DNA of 64,000 nt from Ostrea edulis. Lineage: Eukaryota. The notes under the pieces were generated by a model that saw only the letters and a list, made by a program, of their open reading frames with translations, was not told the DNA's origin and ran no database searches. This document shows positions 37,261 through 48,975 of this stretch, in pieces. The translations under genes were made by a program, and so were the position numbers. The DNA lies in contig NC_079172.1 in the NCBI RefSeq assembly GCF_947568905.1, positions 69,874,001 to 69,938,000 on the forward strand, in the 5' to 3' direction. Position 1 is the stretch's first letter. Each line of letters begins with the position of its first letter.

Positions 37261-40200
37261 TTATTTTTTCACAATTGCAGTCCTTTTCGGAACCACTTTT
37301 TTGCCTGTCTTCTTTACTTTCTTTGTCTTGGTATTGAGGAATCTTCTGTTTTCTGGCGTATAAGAGTTGACGGGTACTTTTTCAATATTGAATGTGACAT
37401 TCTTTCCTTGCACAGACCTAAAGGAAGGTTTTGCTTTAACGGTCTCTGAAAGACAAAGAAAAAATCAATAAGAGTGAACAGCGTGATATGATTTACTACT
37501 TCGGTTAGTTACTTGTAAATATTAAGATGGGTAATATCAGGAATATCTTGTCTGTAAGAAAAAAAAAGTACGTCCCATATGTATTGCGTGATGAAATTGA
37601 AAGTCTTGTTTTCTCTGTGAACTTTGCAGCAATTCATTTTCTCTTTTCTCTTAGATGATTTAACCACTTTGCATAATTATATTTATGTACATCCTTAGTG
37701 ATAAACAAACATTTATTTAAATTTTACAACGGTACATAGATCGAACTGATGATTCATGTCAAATATGCTTAGTACATGCATGAAAGATAAAAACTGGAAT
37801 AAAATTGTTCTTATATAAAAGATTTAAAATGTTACAACAGGGTTCGATTGCTGGTGGCATATAGCTCAGTTGGTAGAGCACCTGACTAGAAATTCATGGG
37901 GCCCGGGTTCGAATCCCGGCCTTGTTCATTGCATTTTCTCCTTGTTGCAGTGGTGCCGTGACCAGAATTCGAACCTGTGTTGTCGCGGCCACATACATGG
38001 CGCTATACATAGGTCTAAATTTGTGTACTTCATCTACAGCTGTTGACGTCTCATGGGTGAAAAATTCTCGACGGAACATAAAACTAGCAACCAAAAAAAG
38101 CACCACACACAATTTACCTGAATTTTGCAGGGTAAGGATTGATTGTATCTTGCTTAACGTCTCTTTCGAGAATTTTTCACTAATATGGATACTTGCAGAG
38201 TAAGGATATGTGAGCAAGAGGTCCCGACAATGAACGGGGGGGGGGGGGGGGGGGGGTATAAACATGATATGGACTTTTTACATACCGTGGCGGAATTCAT
38301 ATCGCTGGTGTGATGATCGAACTTAAAATACCACAACAAGGGGATGGGTTTTGGTTTAAAGTTAAAAGATTTTATGTTTTGTCAACACGGGAGTGTATGT
38401 TGGAGTCATTTGACCAATTGCACCCAAACTTGGCACAAGGTTTCCATTTGTTTATATCATGATCCATGTGGCCACAATGTTACATAGAAATAAAGTGTTT
38501 TAAATAGGGAACATTGCACTACATGTACTTTGGTGAGCGTTCCTCTGGTTTGTAACCCCCACTTTCACCAATACACGTTCAGGAATAAGATGAAAACACC
38601 AGCATTGCCATTCTAACACCGTTTAACATAAAATTCTGGAGGGAGAGGTTATACCTACTGTTAGTTAGGGAGGACTTTTCTCTATTCTTCAATACTGGAG
38701 CTGGTACCAGGTCCGTGAATGGAATCTTGCCTTCAGTCTTTGTACTCACTGGGTTCTCTGATACAGATCAGGAAAAGGAAACAAAGTTTGTAAAACTTAT
38801 TTATTTCAACGCATATTTTTATTTTACAGTGAAAACAAGAGGCCCATGGGCCTTGTTGGTCACCTGAGTACTAGTGAAAAAGTATCGCTACTCCCAAGGG
38901 CTATGGAATCTAGACAAAAATTTCCTGTTCTGAATATCTAAGCTAAATTCTAATGTTCAACACATAATTTCATTTTACAGTGAAAAAAGAGGTATTTGGT
39001 AGGGAATGAGCTTACACTTTTTCAGACTTAGAATGCCATGTTCCTACAAGAGTTCCGCGAAGCGTGACATTTGATCAGCTGTCGGTAGCACAGGGGCTAA
39101 GCCCGTTTTGGGCCCGAACCTTGTGATACCATAGATATAGAAAGGGGTCTAACTCTGACCCAGATAAAAAAAACTAACCACTCGCTTCAAATGCCTAAAA
39201 AATCTTAAATTAGGTATGTTATGCGTAATTTGCCGGTCTCATTGCATAGATTAATGTTTCAAATACTTGCATGCCAAATTTCAAGTCACAGGTTTTTAAA
39301 ATAACAAAGATATACGTCATCGTTCTCTCGATTTCACTTGTTTTTATTTACTAGGACATTTACCGGTCCAGGTCACGGAGTCGTTTCTCGCCTATGACAG
39401 CAGTGAAATTCAGACTAGTGTGGAAGATTTCGGATCTGTCAATTAAAATTTCACATTAATTATAAGCTACTTACTTCCTCATACCTTAATAAAGTTCTCT
39501 ATGTTCGCTGTATCTGGGTCGCTTATTTTACAAGACTCTAACTGCCATTTTGAGAAACGTACTGTAGTATCTGGGGAGTCTTCCCCAGTACGACATGTTT
39601 ATCCCCGGATTGCAGAGGATCAACATCCGGCAGCACGAGGTGATTTCCCGCGGTTATGGTACATGCCAGACGTACAACAAGACCTACCCGAAGTTAGAGA
39701 TCAGCAGCAAGCAGAGCAGTTAAGTCCGCGGGACCCATGTTTTATGTACATACACTGTAATAAATACTATAGATACTTTATTGGCACCCAGCTCGAGGCC
39801 GCGGACTTACCTGGGTGGGTTATTGCATTTTTTTTTTTTTGCTTTCCCCAAGTACGTTGTTAGGTCGTCATATTGGCGGGTAGTGTCAGATTGGGAATTT
39901 TCTTTTTTCTCCTTGGGAATAGATTTCGATTTTAGTGATTAACAGGGATTTTTATTAATTACTGAATCAATTTAGACATTCCTTGATTGCATTTTTTGTG
40001 GATTATTTACTTGTGAGATGGATATGTCTACGTGGGTTGGGCTTGCGCCTTCACCCGGAAACACTTGTGGTCACGCGGAATGTACCCGCGTACTCCCAGG
40101 TATCCCCAGGCGGTGACGAACGTTATTTCACGCCGTCCTTGGCTTCCTGTTTAAGGGAGGGGGAGGTAGGTTAAGGGATGCCACAGGTGGGGAAGTGAGG

Positions 40201-43200
40201 CTTAGTGGCACGCAGATTGGCTCTAGAGAGGGCGACAGGTTTAGTGGCACGCAGTTTGGTTCTAGAGAGGGTGACAGGCTTAGTGGCACGCAGTTTGGCT
40301 CTAGAGAGGGTGACAGGTTTAGTGGCACGCAGTTTGGCTCTAGAGAGGGCGACAGGTTTAGTGGCACGCAGTTTGGCTCTAGAGAGGGTGACAGGCTTAG
40401 TGGCACGCAGTTTGGCTCTAGAGAGGGTGACGGGCTTAGTGGCACGCAGTTTGGCTGTAGAGAGGGTGACAGGTTTAGTGGCATGTAGTTTGGTTCTAGA
40501 GAGGGTGACAGACTTAGTGGCATGCAGTTTGGCTCTAGAGAGGGCGACAGGTTTAGTGGCACGCAGTTTGGCTCTAGGGTGACAGGCTTAGTGGCACGCA
40601 GTTTGACTCTAGAGAGGGTGACAGGCTTAGTGGCACGCAGTTTGGCTCTAGAAAGGGTGACAGGCTTAGTGGCACGCAGTTTGGTTCTAGAGAGGGTGAC
40701 AGGCTTAGTAGGCACGCAGTTTGGCTCTAGAGAGGGCGACAGGTTTAGTGGCACGCAGTTTGGCTCTAGAGAGGGTGACGGGCTTCGTGGCACGCAGTTT
40801 GGCTCTAGAGAGGGTGACAGGTTTAGTGGCATGTAGTTTGGTTCTAGAGAGGATGACGGGCTTAGTGACACGCAGTTTGGCTCTAGAGAGGATGACAGGT
40901 TTAGTGGCATGCAGTTTGGCTCCAGGGAAGGTGACCGATTTCCTGGCACGCAGTTTGGCCCTGATGAAGGATATATCTTAGATTGGGATATGCAACGTAG
41001 GTGTGACTTCCCAGGGAATTTAATGGGATTAGATCCGCCCAAGAAAGGGTCTGGACATGACACCCCAGGGTTTAATGATTGGGATAGGTGGGAGGAGGAT
41101 TTTTGTCTCCTGGTGGGGGTTCAGTTATTCCTAAGGTCCCAGTGAGGCCTACTTCAGTGAAGGGGGGTGGTCATGTACCCAGCTCTGGGAGCCTCCCGGA
41201 ATATCATACCCCTTCTCTGCATTCCTACACTCCAGTGTCAAGGAGCTCAGCCCCACACCCTCATTCATGGGTTGATGATCAGGCCCTAGGCCAGCTTAGT
41301 CAGGGTTTGCCCCAGATGGGCTTGGGTTCACGCTTGCAGCACCCCACTCCTGGACCGTATTCCCCAGTTGCCCCATTTTCGGAGCCAGGGATTACCTACG
41401 GGAATTACCAGTCCCCACAGCCCAGCCAGGGCTATGATCTGCTTACAGGGTCCCCAGTCTCTCATGCCTACCCATCCTATGTGCAAGACCCTTGGGTTGG
41501 GGGGAATGCCCCCCCCCCCCCCACCCACACCCAGCCTTTGATACCTCCCATGCCTGGCGGTTACGCTAGCACACATATGCCCTACCCTACCATGATGACT
41601 CCTCCCTATCAACAGCAGGGGCCCTTCACCTACCCTGGCATCACGGCTTGTGGGTTGGGGGATGAGGGGGGTAGCGTAGCGCACATTCAACCCCAGTTAG
41701 GTGAACCAGAACGACACACCATTCTCTGGGCATTATGCCCAGGGACTAGCTCCAGCATCTCGCACCATGTACCAGGTCCCCCAGTACTCTTGTGTGGGGG
41801 AGCAGTCGGTGGGCTTCAGTAGAAACGTACCCCAGTACAAGGATTTGCGGTACAATGGAAATTCTAGCTGGAAGTCCTTCCTTCACAAGTTTATTCGCCT
41901 GACCCACAGGCAACAGTGGACTGAGATGGAACAACACGATCAGTTTTGCTTTTCATTGGAGGGGACAGCAAGCGACTACTACACCCTGTTGATGGAAACA
42001 GACCACAGTCTCTCTTTGGCCGACATCATTGGGCGGTTTGAGAAACGTTTTGGGTCATCTGCACCAGGTTTCACGCATCATTTGAACTTTCAGTCAGCAT
42101 CACAGGATGTGGGCGAGTCATTGCGACATTGGGCTGACAGGGTGCTTACCCTGGCTACCCAGGCTTTCCCGTCTGTGCCGGATTTTCATGTGTATGCCAT
42201 CCCCCGGCTGTGCTTCGGTGCTGAGGACAGAGACGCAGGACTATATGCCATGGACAGCCAGCCCAAGTCAGCTGAGGAAGCAGTCGACCGAATGCAGTAC
42301 TATCAACATTCACGGCAGATGAAGTCATCCAAGCCCATGAGGGATGTGAGGCAGGTAGTTCAGGTTGAAGCTCCTAATCCTGACAAGGAGATGCGTCAGC
42401 GCCTTGAGGAGTTGGAGAAGGAAATCCGAGGGCGGACCCTCTCTCGGAGACCTTCATCGCCATCATCAAACGGCAACCGAAAGCCAGCAGGCTGCTTCAA
42501 ATGTGGAGCCATGGGACATTTTAAGCGGGAATGCCCGGAATGGCGGGGGAAAACTGAGTCGAACCAGGGCCAGGGGACCAAGGTCAAGCCTAGGGACGGT
42601 CAAGACGCACAACCGTGTTCATCAGAACCAAGGGGGCGGGGAGCCAAGACCCGCCAGCCACAGTTTAGTGTAGGGCTTATACAGGGGGAGGTCAGGAAGT
42701 TGACACCGGAGTGCTCCCCAGTTAGGCCAGGGCCGTGTGATGCTCGCACGGGGACAATTCGGTTTGCAGGACACAGGCATGCGCCGCTCCAGGAAGGGCA
42801 CACTCCAAGTGCGGTTCAGGGAGATACCCGAGGAGGAGGAATCCGAGGACTGGGTCATAGGGTGGGAGGAGGACAAATACGAGCCCTCTCCCAGGGATAT
42901 ATTGTCGGGATTCAGGCTCCCTGAGGATATCGTGGTGCTGGAACTGCCCGGGTTTGGGGCAGAGAACCAGGGGGATGGGGAGGATTTTTCGGAGGACTTG
43001 CCGGATCTGGAGCCCTCGCCCATTCAGGAGGAGCAGGTAGGCGCGGACCCTGCGTCAGAGCCTAGCGAGTGCCCGGAGCCAGTTAAGGCGAAGGCTCAAC
43101 CCAAGGAGGAATGTGGGCTGGGGGTGGTCAGTGGCCAAGCGGAGAACGGGACTGCGGATATGCCACTCCGGCATGCGGGAGAATCTCACGAAGACTCGCC

Positions 43201-46200
43201 TTTGCCAATAGGGCAGATACACCTAACCACCGGATTCATGGTCCAAATGGTAGTCCAGGGAGTAAGACTACAGGCAGTGGTAGACACTGGGGCGGAGGTG
43301 AGTGTGTTGTCCACCCGGGTCTACGAGGAGCTCGACCCCAAGCCTCCCATCAAGCAGCATGTGACCTTGGTCCAGGCAGGGGAAAATGCCAGGTTGAGGG
43401 GCTTCATCATTGGCCCTGTGGCAGTTCGCCTTGGAGACACGGAACATAATGTCGACCTGTATGTTACCCCCCTGCAGGACCAAATGCTGCTAGGTATGGA
43501 GTTTCTCCATCAGCAGAAGGCTCACATGGAGCATGGCACGATGACCTTGGGAGAGGAGAAGGTCCCTATGACGTTCAGACGCCCAGTAGGGGGACAGGAG
43601 GCCCAGGTTTCAGTAACGAAGTCTATCCGGGTCCCAGCTGCTTCAGTCGTCCTATGTCCTTGTCGTTTTCATAAGGAGTTGGAAGACTTTAGTTAGCCCT
43701 TAGATCAAGCAGACCTCGGACGTCTTATTGGTGCCGCACACTTATGCTAGGGAGAGCACGTCGGTGACCAGCATTGTCAAAATCTCAGATGAGGGAGTGT
43801 CTATCTCCGATGGCAGTGCGATAGGATCAGCCTTGGAGGCCGAACCATGGGTGCTGGCACCTAGCTTAGTCGTTGAGAATGTGTACAGTGTGGACCCCCA
43901 CACTGAGGCAGGGACTAAGCTCAGCACATTTACAGCAAGAGTTGATGTTGCTCCCGTAGCTTGCCCTGGAACTTGGTCGAATTCCAAGAAGGCCATATTG
44001 GATGGTGGGGGAGATTTCCCCCTCGAGCTGACTAACATTGCTGAGGAAATTAGTGTGGTAGAAGCCCCAGATGTTGGCCTTGCTCATTGTGCGCCAGGTG
44101 AAGGTGTTCTGGATGGTTACAGTGGTTTAGTTAGCGAGGCGTCTTGGAACTATGTCTCCCGAGAACTCCTCGGGTTCCCAGGTTGGACTCGAGGGGCAGA
44201 GTTTGACCTCAAGACGGATCTTGTGGGACATGACTCATTCAGGACCCAAGTCCGACAGTTCAGGGGCACCAGGTTGCCTTGGCCGCCACCTGGATTTAGA
44301 GCTGGTAGAAGGATCTATTGATCCTTTTCAGCTAGGGATGTGTAACCCAGGGCTCGCCCTGGTCCACACCGGTTGGGAGTAGATTAGTCCCCGTCAGTTT
44401 TCTCCGGAGCATTTACCCGGACCTTTCCTGCCGGAACCTTTTCCGGCGTCCTCGGATAGTTCATCCGAGGGGGCGTGTCGTGCCCACCTTGACCATTGGT
44501 TGGACCCGTTTCTCCGTCCTTCAGAGAAAACGGGGGGAGTGCAGTATCTGGGGAGTCTTCCCCAGTACGACTTGTTTATCCCCGGATTGCAGAGGATCAA
44601 CATCCGGCAGCACGAGGTGATTTCCCGCGGTTATGGTACATGCCAGACGTACAACAAGACCTACCCGAAGTTAAGAGATCAGCAACAAGCAGAGCAGTGA
44701 AGTCCGCGGGACCCATGTTTTATGTACATACACTGTAATAAATACTATAGATACTTTAGTACTAAAGACCCGAAATATCTAAAACTTGAAAGAAGGGGAG
44801 AATGGGTAAAAATAATCTAAATGAAATGAACAAAAACAAAAAATTAAGGAAGCCAAAAAATAATGTTCATTTTCCTTGTCTAGGTGCAATATCACAAGAA
44901 TAATGTTTTGATCAACTTTAAGGTATTTGAGATTTTAAGTCTATCGGGTATTTAGTGCTTTCATTAAAATAGCAGATCTTGTCAACAGTTGATGCTGCTG
45001 AGGAAAAATAAGTCGTGTAACGCCTACACGAAGAACATTATTAAAATATGAGAAAGTAAGTAGCGTATAATTAATGTGAAATTTTAATTGACAGGTTCGA
45101 AATTTTCCATATTAGTCTGAATTTCGCTGCTGTCATAGGCGAGAAACGACTCCATGACCTGGACCGGTAAATGTCCTAGTAAAAATAAATAAGTGAAATC
45201 GAGAGAACGATGACGTATATCTTTGTTATTTTAAGAACCTGCGACTTGAAATGTGGCATGCAATTAGTTAAAACATTAATCTATGCAAGAAGACCGGCAA
45301 ATTACACATAGCTTACCTAATTTAAGATTTTTTAGGCATTTGAAGCGAGTGGTTAGTTGTTTTTATCTGGGTCAAAGTTAGACCCCTTTCTATATTTATG
45401 GTATCGCAGGGTACGGGCTTAGTCCCTTTGGTCGGTAGCGTTACACAGTTGCGTTACTATATCCCCACCAATTCTGTTATAAGGGAATAATGACCGTGTA
45501 AGCAGAGGACTAGCATTGACTATACCTTTCTTTAGTAAGACAAGAGGACTAGCATTGACTATACCTTTCTTTAGTAAGACTGGGGACTAGCATTGACTAT
45601 ACTTCTCTTTAGTAAGACTGGGGACTAGCATTGACTATACCTTTCTTTAGTAAGACAGAGGAAATTCGATAGTTGTACACACGTTGCTTTCTCTGGGTAG
45701 AAGATGTGAAATCTCTGTAACCTATAACAACGAAACAACACGTCATTAACTTCTTATGCAAGAAGACAGTAAATTATAATGATCAGGCTAATGGCTCGGC
45801 GTGTACCTGTGCAATTACAGTCAAATTCTGTAAGTCCGGCTATTGGTGTAGATCGCGTGACCTTGTGAAATCTGACCAGCGCAGTGTCGCACTCTAGCAC
45901 GTGTTTGATGAGAGCCTGGGGAGACCTGTATCGCTCGCTGCTGTCCTTGAAGAGGGCGTAGGCCGCGTGGCAGGGAGGGTCACTATAATCTGATATCTTA
46001 ACGTCTATCTCATCCCGAATGTCCTCGTAATTATCCAGAATTGCATTCCGTAAGCAATCTGTAATGAATAAAACCATATTACTAAATAGCTGTTTATCCA
46101 AATATGGATACTTACCAATTACTTTGTCCGTCGGTCGTTCTAGTTACTATATAACACAGCATAACAGTATTAAGCCAGTGGATACCTCTGCATTGAGTAG

Positions 46201-48934
46201 ACGTGCTTGTCGATGGGAAGAGTTGTTGCAAAATATAACTTTCGTTTAATTTTTTCAACTCGTCCACAAACACTTCCAAAGCAGGCTTTCCCTTCCCTTG
46301 CAGAAGTCGGAGGAATTCGTTTGCCCTGTTTCGTCGGATATTTTGTCCTTTAATCAAATCAACCTCCTCCTGAGAAAATAGGCCCTCTTTTCGGAACCGT
46401 GGTAGAAATCGGTACGGTTCTAACTCATCTTCCAGCATAGCCCTGTTGTCTGCCAGAACCTCCATCAGGCAACTTCTGTCGATTTCCCAGAGTTCCCCTG
46501 TAGTAAAAAGAGAATTTCTTTTTTCAGGATTGAAATATGAAAATAAATATATGTATACATGTATAGCAATTTTCAGTCAGTGTTGCTGCAACATTTACAC
46601 AATGTACAGCTGTAACAAAATATGTATTATAGAGTCACAGAAACTATCGACAAATCCACTGGTTATCTTTGTATTATAGAATATCAGAAACCCTCGACAA
46701 ATACACTGGTGATTTGTGTATTATAGAATGTCAGAGACCCTCGACAAATCCACTGCTTATGTGTGTATTATAGAATGTCAGAGACCCTCGACAAATCCAC
46801 TGGTTATCTTTGTATTATAGAATATCAGAAACCCTCGACAAATCCACTGCTTATGTATGTATTATAGAATATCAGAAACCCTTAACAAATCCACTGCTTA
46901 TGTGTGTATTATAGAATGTCAGAAACCCTCGACAAATCCACTGCTTATGTATGTATTATAGAATATCAGAAACCCTTAACAAATCCACTGCTTATGTGTG
47001 TATTATAGAATGTCAGAGACCCTCGACAAATCCACTGGTTATGGTCTCTACTTGAAGTTGTAGCGTCCCGGCAGGCAGCAGTCTGTTCATCTCTGGATCT
47101 TGAAGAACCTTCTGGATGAACATTTTCAACTGGTTTTTGTCCAGAATTTCTGCTGCATTGTCTGTTAAAGCCTTTACATACAGTACTATCGATCCTGCTT
47201 GACAATCCTGTATGCTCATGCGCATGAATCTTGTTGCCAATTCGTCTATTTCGGAATCCATGTTGTGGATTCTGCGCACTAGTACGTTCTCTAGTTCCTG
47301 TATCTTCCGTCTCTGTTGATTTCTGAATCTGAAAATGATCACGTGATCGCCACTGTCATCATCGTATCTCACTGCAAGGCAAAATGAAATTGTTTTAGGA
47401 ATTTTTCGACGATTCAAGTTTATTACGAATTAATTATGAAAGAAAATGTGTGCCTTACTGTCAGCGTCAACGACCTTCACCAGATGTTCGTCTTGAAAAA
47501 AGACCCCAACCCGTTTCTGACCACTGTCTACAAAGACGTAAAATTGACTAAAGCATACAGTCTGTGTAAAAATTTGAAGGATGTTGACTGATTCTACATT
47601 GTACTTCCTATTAACTCTCCGTGGACTTACGATTGGATGTGACTTACCTTTTGTTTTGGTTCGGGGTTTGTTCTTCAGACGCTCAATGATGGAAACTCCG
47701 GGTAATACATTGCGAACGATCTCGACAGCACAGAGAAAGCAATTCAAAATGACGTCATCCTTCTTCGTAATTTTGTTAAGCAGAACTCTGGCTTGCCTCA
47801 ATTTTGAAACCTCATTTTGGACTTCATCATGATCATAAATGGAGAACACGTCCTCTCGTAGTTCTTGTAGTATAAAGTCGGCTGTGGGGACGGGCTCCAT
47901 GCTTCTAGACAGGAAGGCGTGCTCCGCTCTGATATGGTCCACCGTTATTTCTCTCTGATAAGCCGACCAATCTGTTAAACGCAATGTACAATTTGATTTC
48001 AAGATCCGAAAGTTTATGACACAATTTTAAAAGATTGATGCTTGTTGTTTTACGTCCTGTCGAGAATTTTCAAACATATTGAGACATCACCAGTTGTACA
48101 GATGAAGTACCACAAATTTAGACCTATGCTTAGCGCGTAGCTGAACGTGCCGACGCCTGTGGCGACATGGGACCTCTGTTCTCAAGGTCATACCAGAAAG
48201 ACTCGTTATTCTCACGTCTACGGTAAATCCCGAGCGGTTGGCCAAGGAGCAATTAACTACCTACGTTTACGCCTTAGGTTTTACGTGACCATGGCACGAG
48301 AGGGGATCAAAACTGACGACCCCCCCCCCCCCCCCCCCCGACACGAAGCGAACGCTTTGCCATTGAGCTACCGCGACCGGTTTGAAAGATTGACAAATTA
48401 TCAAGTGAAAGAATACCTTCCTTTGTCCTGCAGTCTCTCGTCTGTTGGAATGTATCCACGATGTAAGCGTATCCGCATTCTGGTGCTTGTAAAATATTGA
48501 CAAACTTGTTACAGGCTGTCCTTCCGTACCGAAGTAGAAGTTTCAGCAGTGCGTCTATCTGAACATGTCTTGGTTTAGGACTTCCGCAGATATCCTCTAG
48601 ATCACGAATAGAAAGGACATCTTCTTGGTGCAGAAAATGGTAAATCCAACGGACTGAAAGTTCGTCTTTTAGGAAAATATAATTTCGTCGCACAATGACT
48701 TCCTCTAAGGAAAAAAAAGATGATTTATGAAGGTAAATTAACACAGTCAAGCATAAATTCTGTCTAAAGTTGGTTAGGTGCAAGTGTTCACGTCAATTTT
48801 TATTTTTACAGTATATCTAGTTAAACTCACCGGGTAGAGGTAATGGTTTTCCTCCTTCATTTTGAAATGAAACTTGTTCTTCTTCGTCGTAAGAATCATC
48901 TGATAAAGATTCAATTTTCACACATCGACAATGT
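37261..48934 (-). CDS. Multi-CARD death-fold protein with a TRADD-N-like module (5' end unresolved)
   Basis: Minus-strand exons: 48934-48831 (acidic), 48704-48417 (CARD), 47971-47648 (CARD), 47371-47021 (GSIVLYV, TRADD-N-like), 46497-46186 (CARD), 46139-46116, 46058-45807 (CARD-like), 45721-45641, 38757-38659, possibly 37551-37513, and 37445-37261 (Lys-rich, TAA). All internal exons after the first are stop-free, phase 1-1 and multiples of 3. A candidate start exon is 50859-50757 (MEDLSDEDIL...), but it is not linked. Confidence 0.7.
37830..37993 (+). mobile_element. tRNA-containing LTR-like unit followed by an antisense tRNA-His 3' half (Helenus-like TRIM remnant)
   Basis: TG...TTGCA unit 37830-37949 with A box TAGCTCAGTTGG and B box GGTTCGAATCC, then TGGTGCCGTGACCAGAATTCGAACC... 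at 37951. A second partial copy lies on - at ~53965-54065. Confidence 0.55.
39563..44758 (+). mobile_element. Ty3/Gypsy-like LTR retroelement, gag + protease only (no RT/RH/IN)
   Basis: LTRs 39563-39780 and 44540-44758 differ at 5 positions. TSD GTAC. PBS-like TGGCACCCAGC at 39782. PPT AGAGAAAACGGGGGGAG at 44523-44539. Gag capsid region and CCHC knuckle CFKCGAMGHFKREC; protease VDTGAEVS. Confidence 0.9.
40200..40945 (+). repeat. 39-bp tandem repeat (~19 copies) in the Gypsy 5' gag region
   Basis: Unit GACAGGTTTAGTGGCACGCAGTTTGGCTCTAGAGAGGGT encodes the 13-aa unit (L/F)SGTQFGSREGDR. Confidence 0.95.
45507..45660 (-). repeat. 38-39-bp tandem repeat x4 spanning a predicted donor site
   Basis: Minus-strand unit GTCTTACTAAAGAAAG|GTATAGTCAATGCTAGTCC. 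Confidence 0.9.
46624..47043 (-). repeat. 47-bp tandem repeat x~9 spanning a predicted donor site
   Basis: Minus-strand unit ATAACCAGTGGATTTGTCGAGG|GT(C/T)TCTGACATTCTATAATACACAC. Confidence 0.9.
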
Positions 48935-48975
48935 CTAATTTATTTCCAAAGCGCAAAAGTAGCTTTCACAAGTCA

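Larger units (their letters stand above)
39089..45430. mobile_element. Non-autonomous DNA transposon with ~390-bp TIRs and 8-bp TSD (P- or hAT-like), split by a Gypsy insertion
   Basis: The left end CACAGGGGCTAAGCCCG (39089) matches the reverse complement of the right end, CAAAGGGACTAAGCCCG (45430). Long inverted arms at ~39089-39480 and ~45055-45430. TSD GTCGGTAG at 39081-39088 and 45431-45438. Confidence 0.85.

Noticed and set aside
35499-37261. Overlapping 3' UTRs of convergent MCMBP and CARD genes
   Set aside because: AATAAA occurs on both strands (+36548, -36444), but such hexamers are frequent in AT-rich DNA and earlier + signals exist.
40128-41063. 311-aa minus-strand ORF and overlapping plus-strand ORFs as genes
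   Set aside because: They are by-products of a 39-bp (3n) repeat inside the LTR element.
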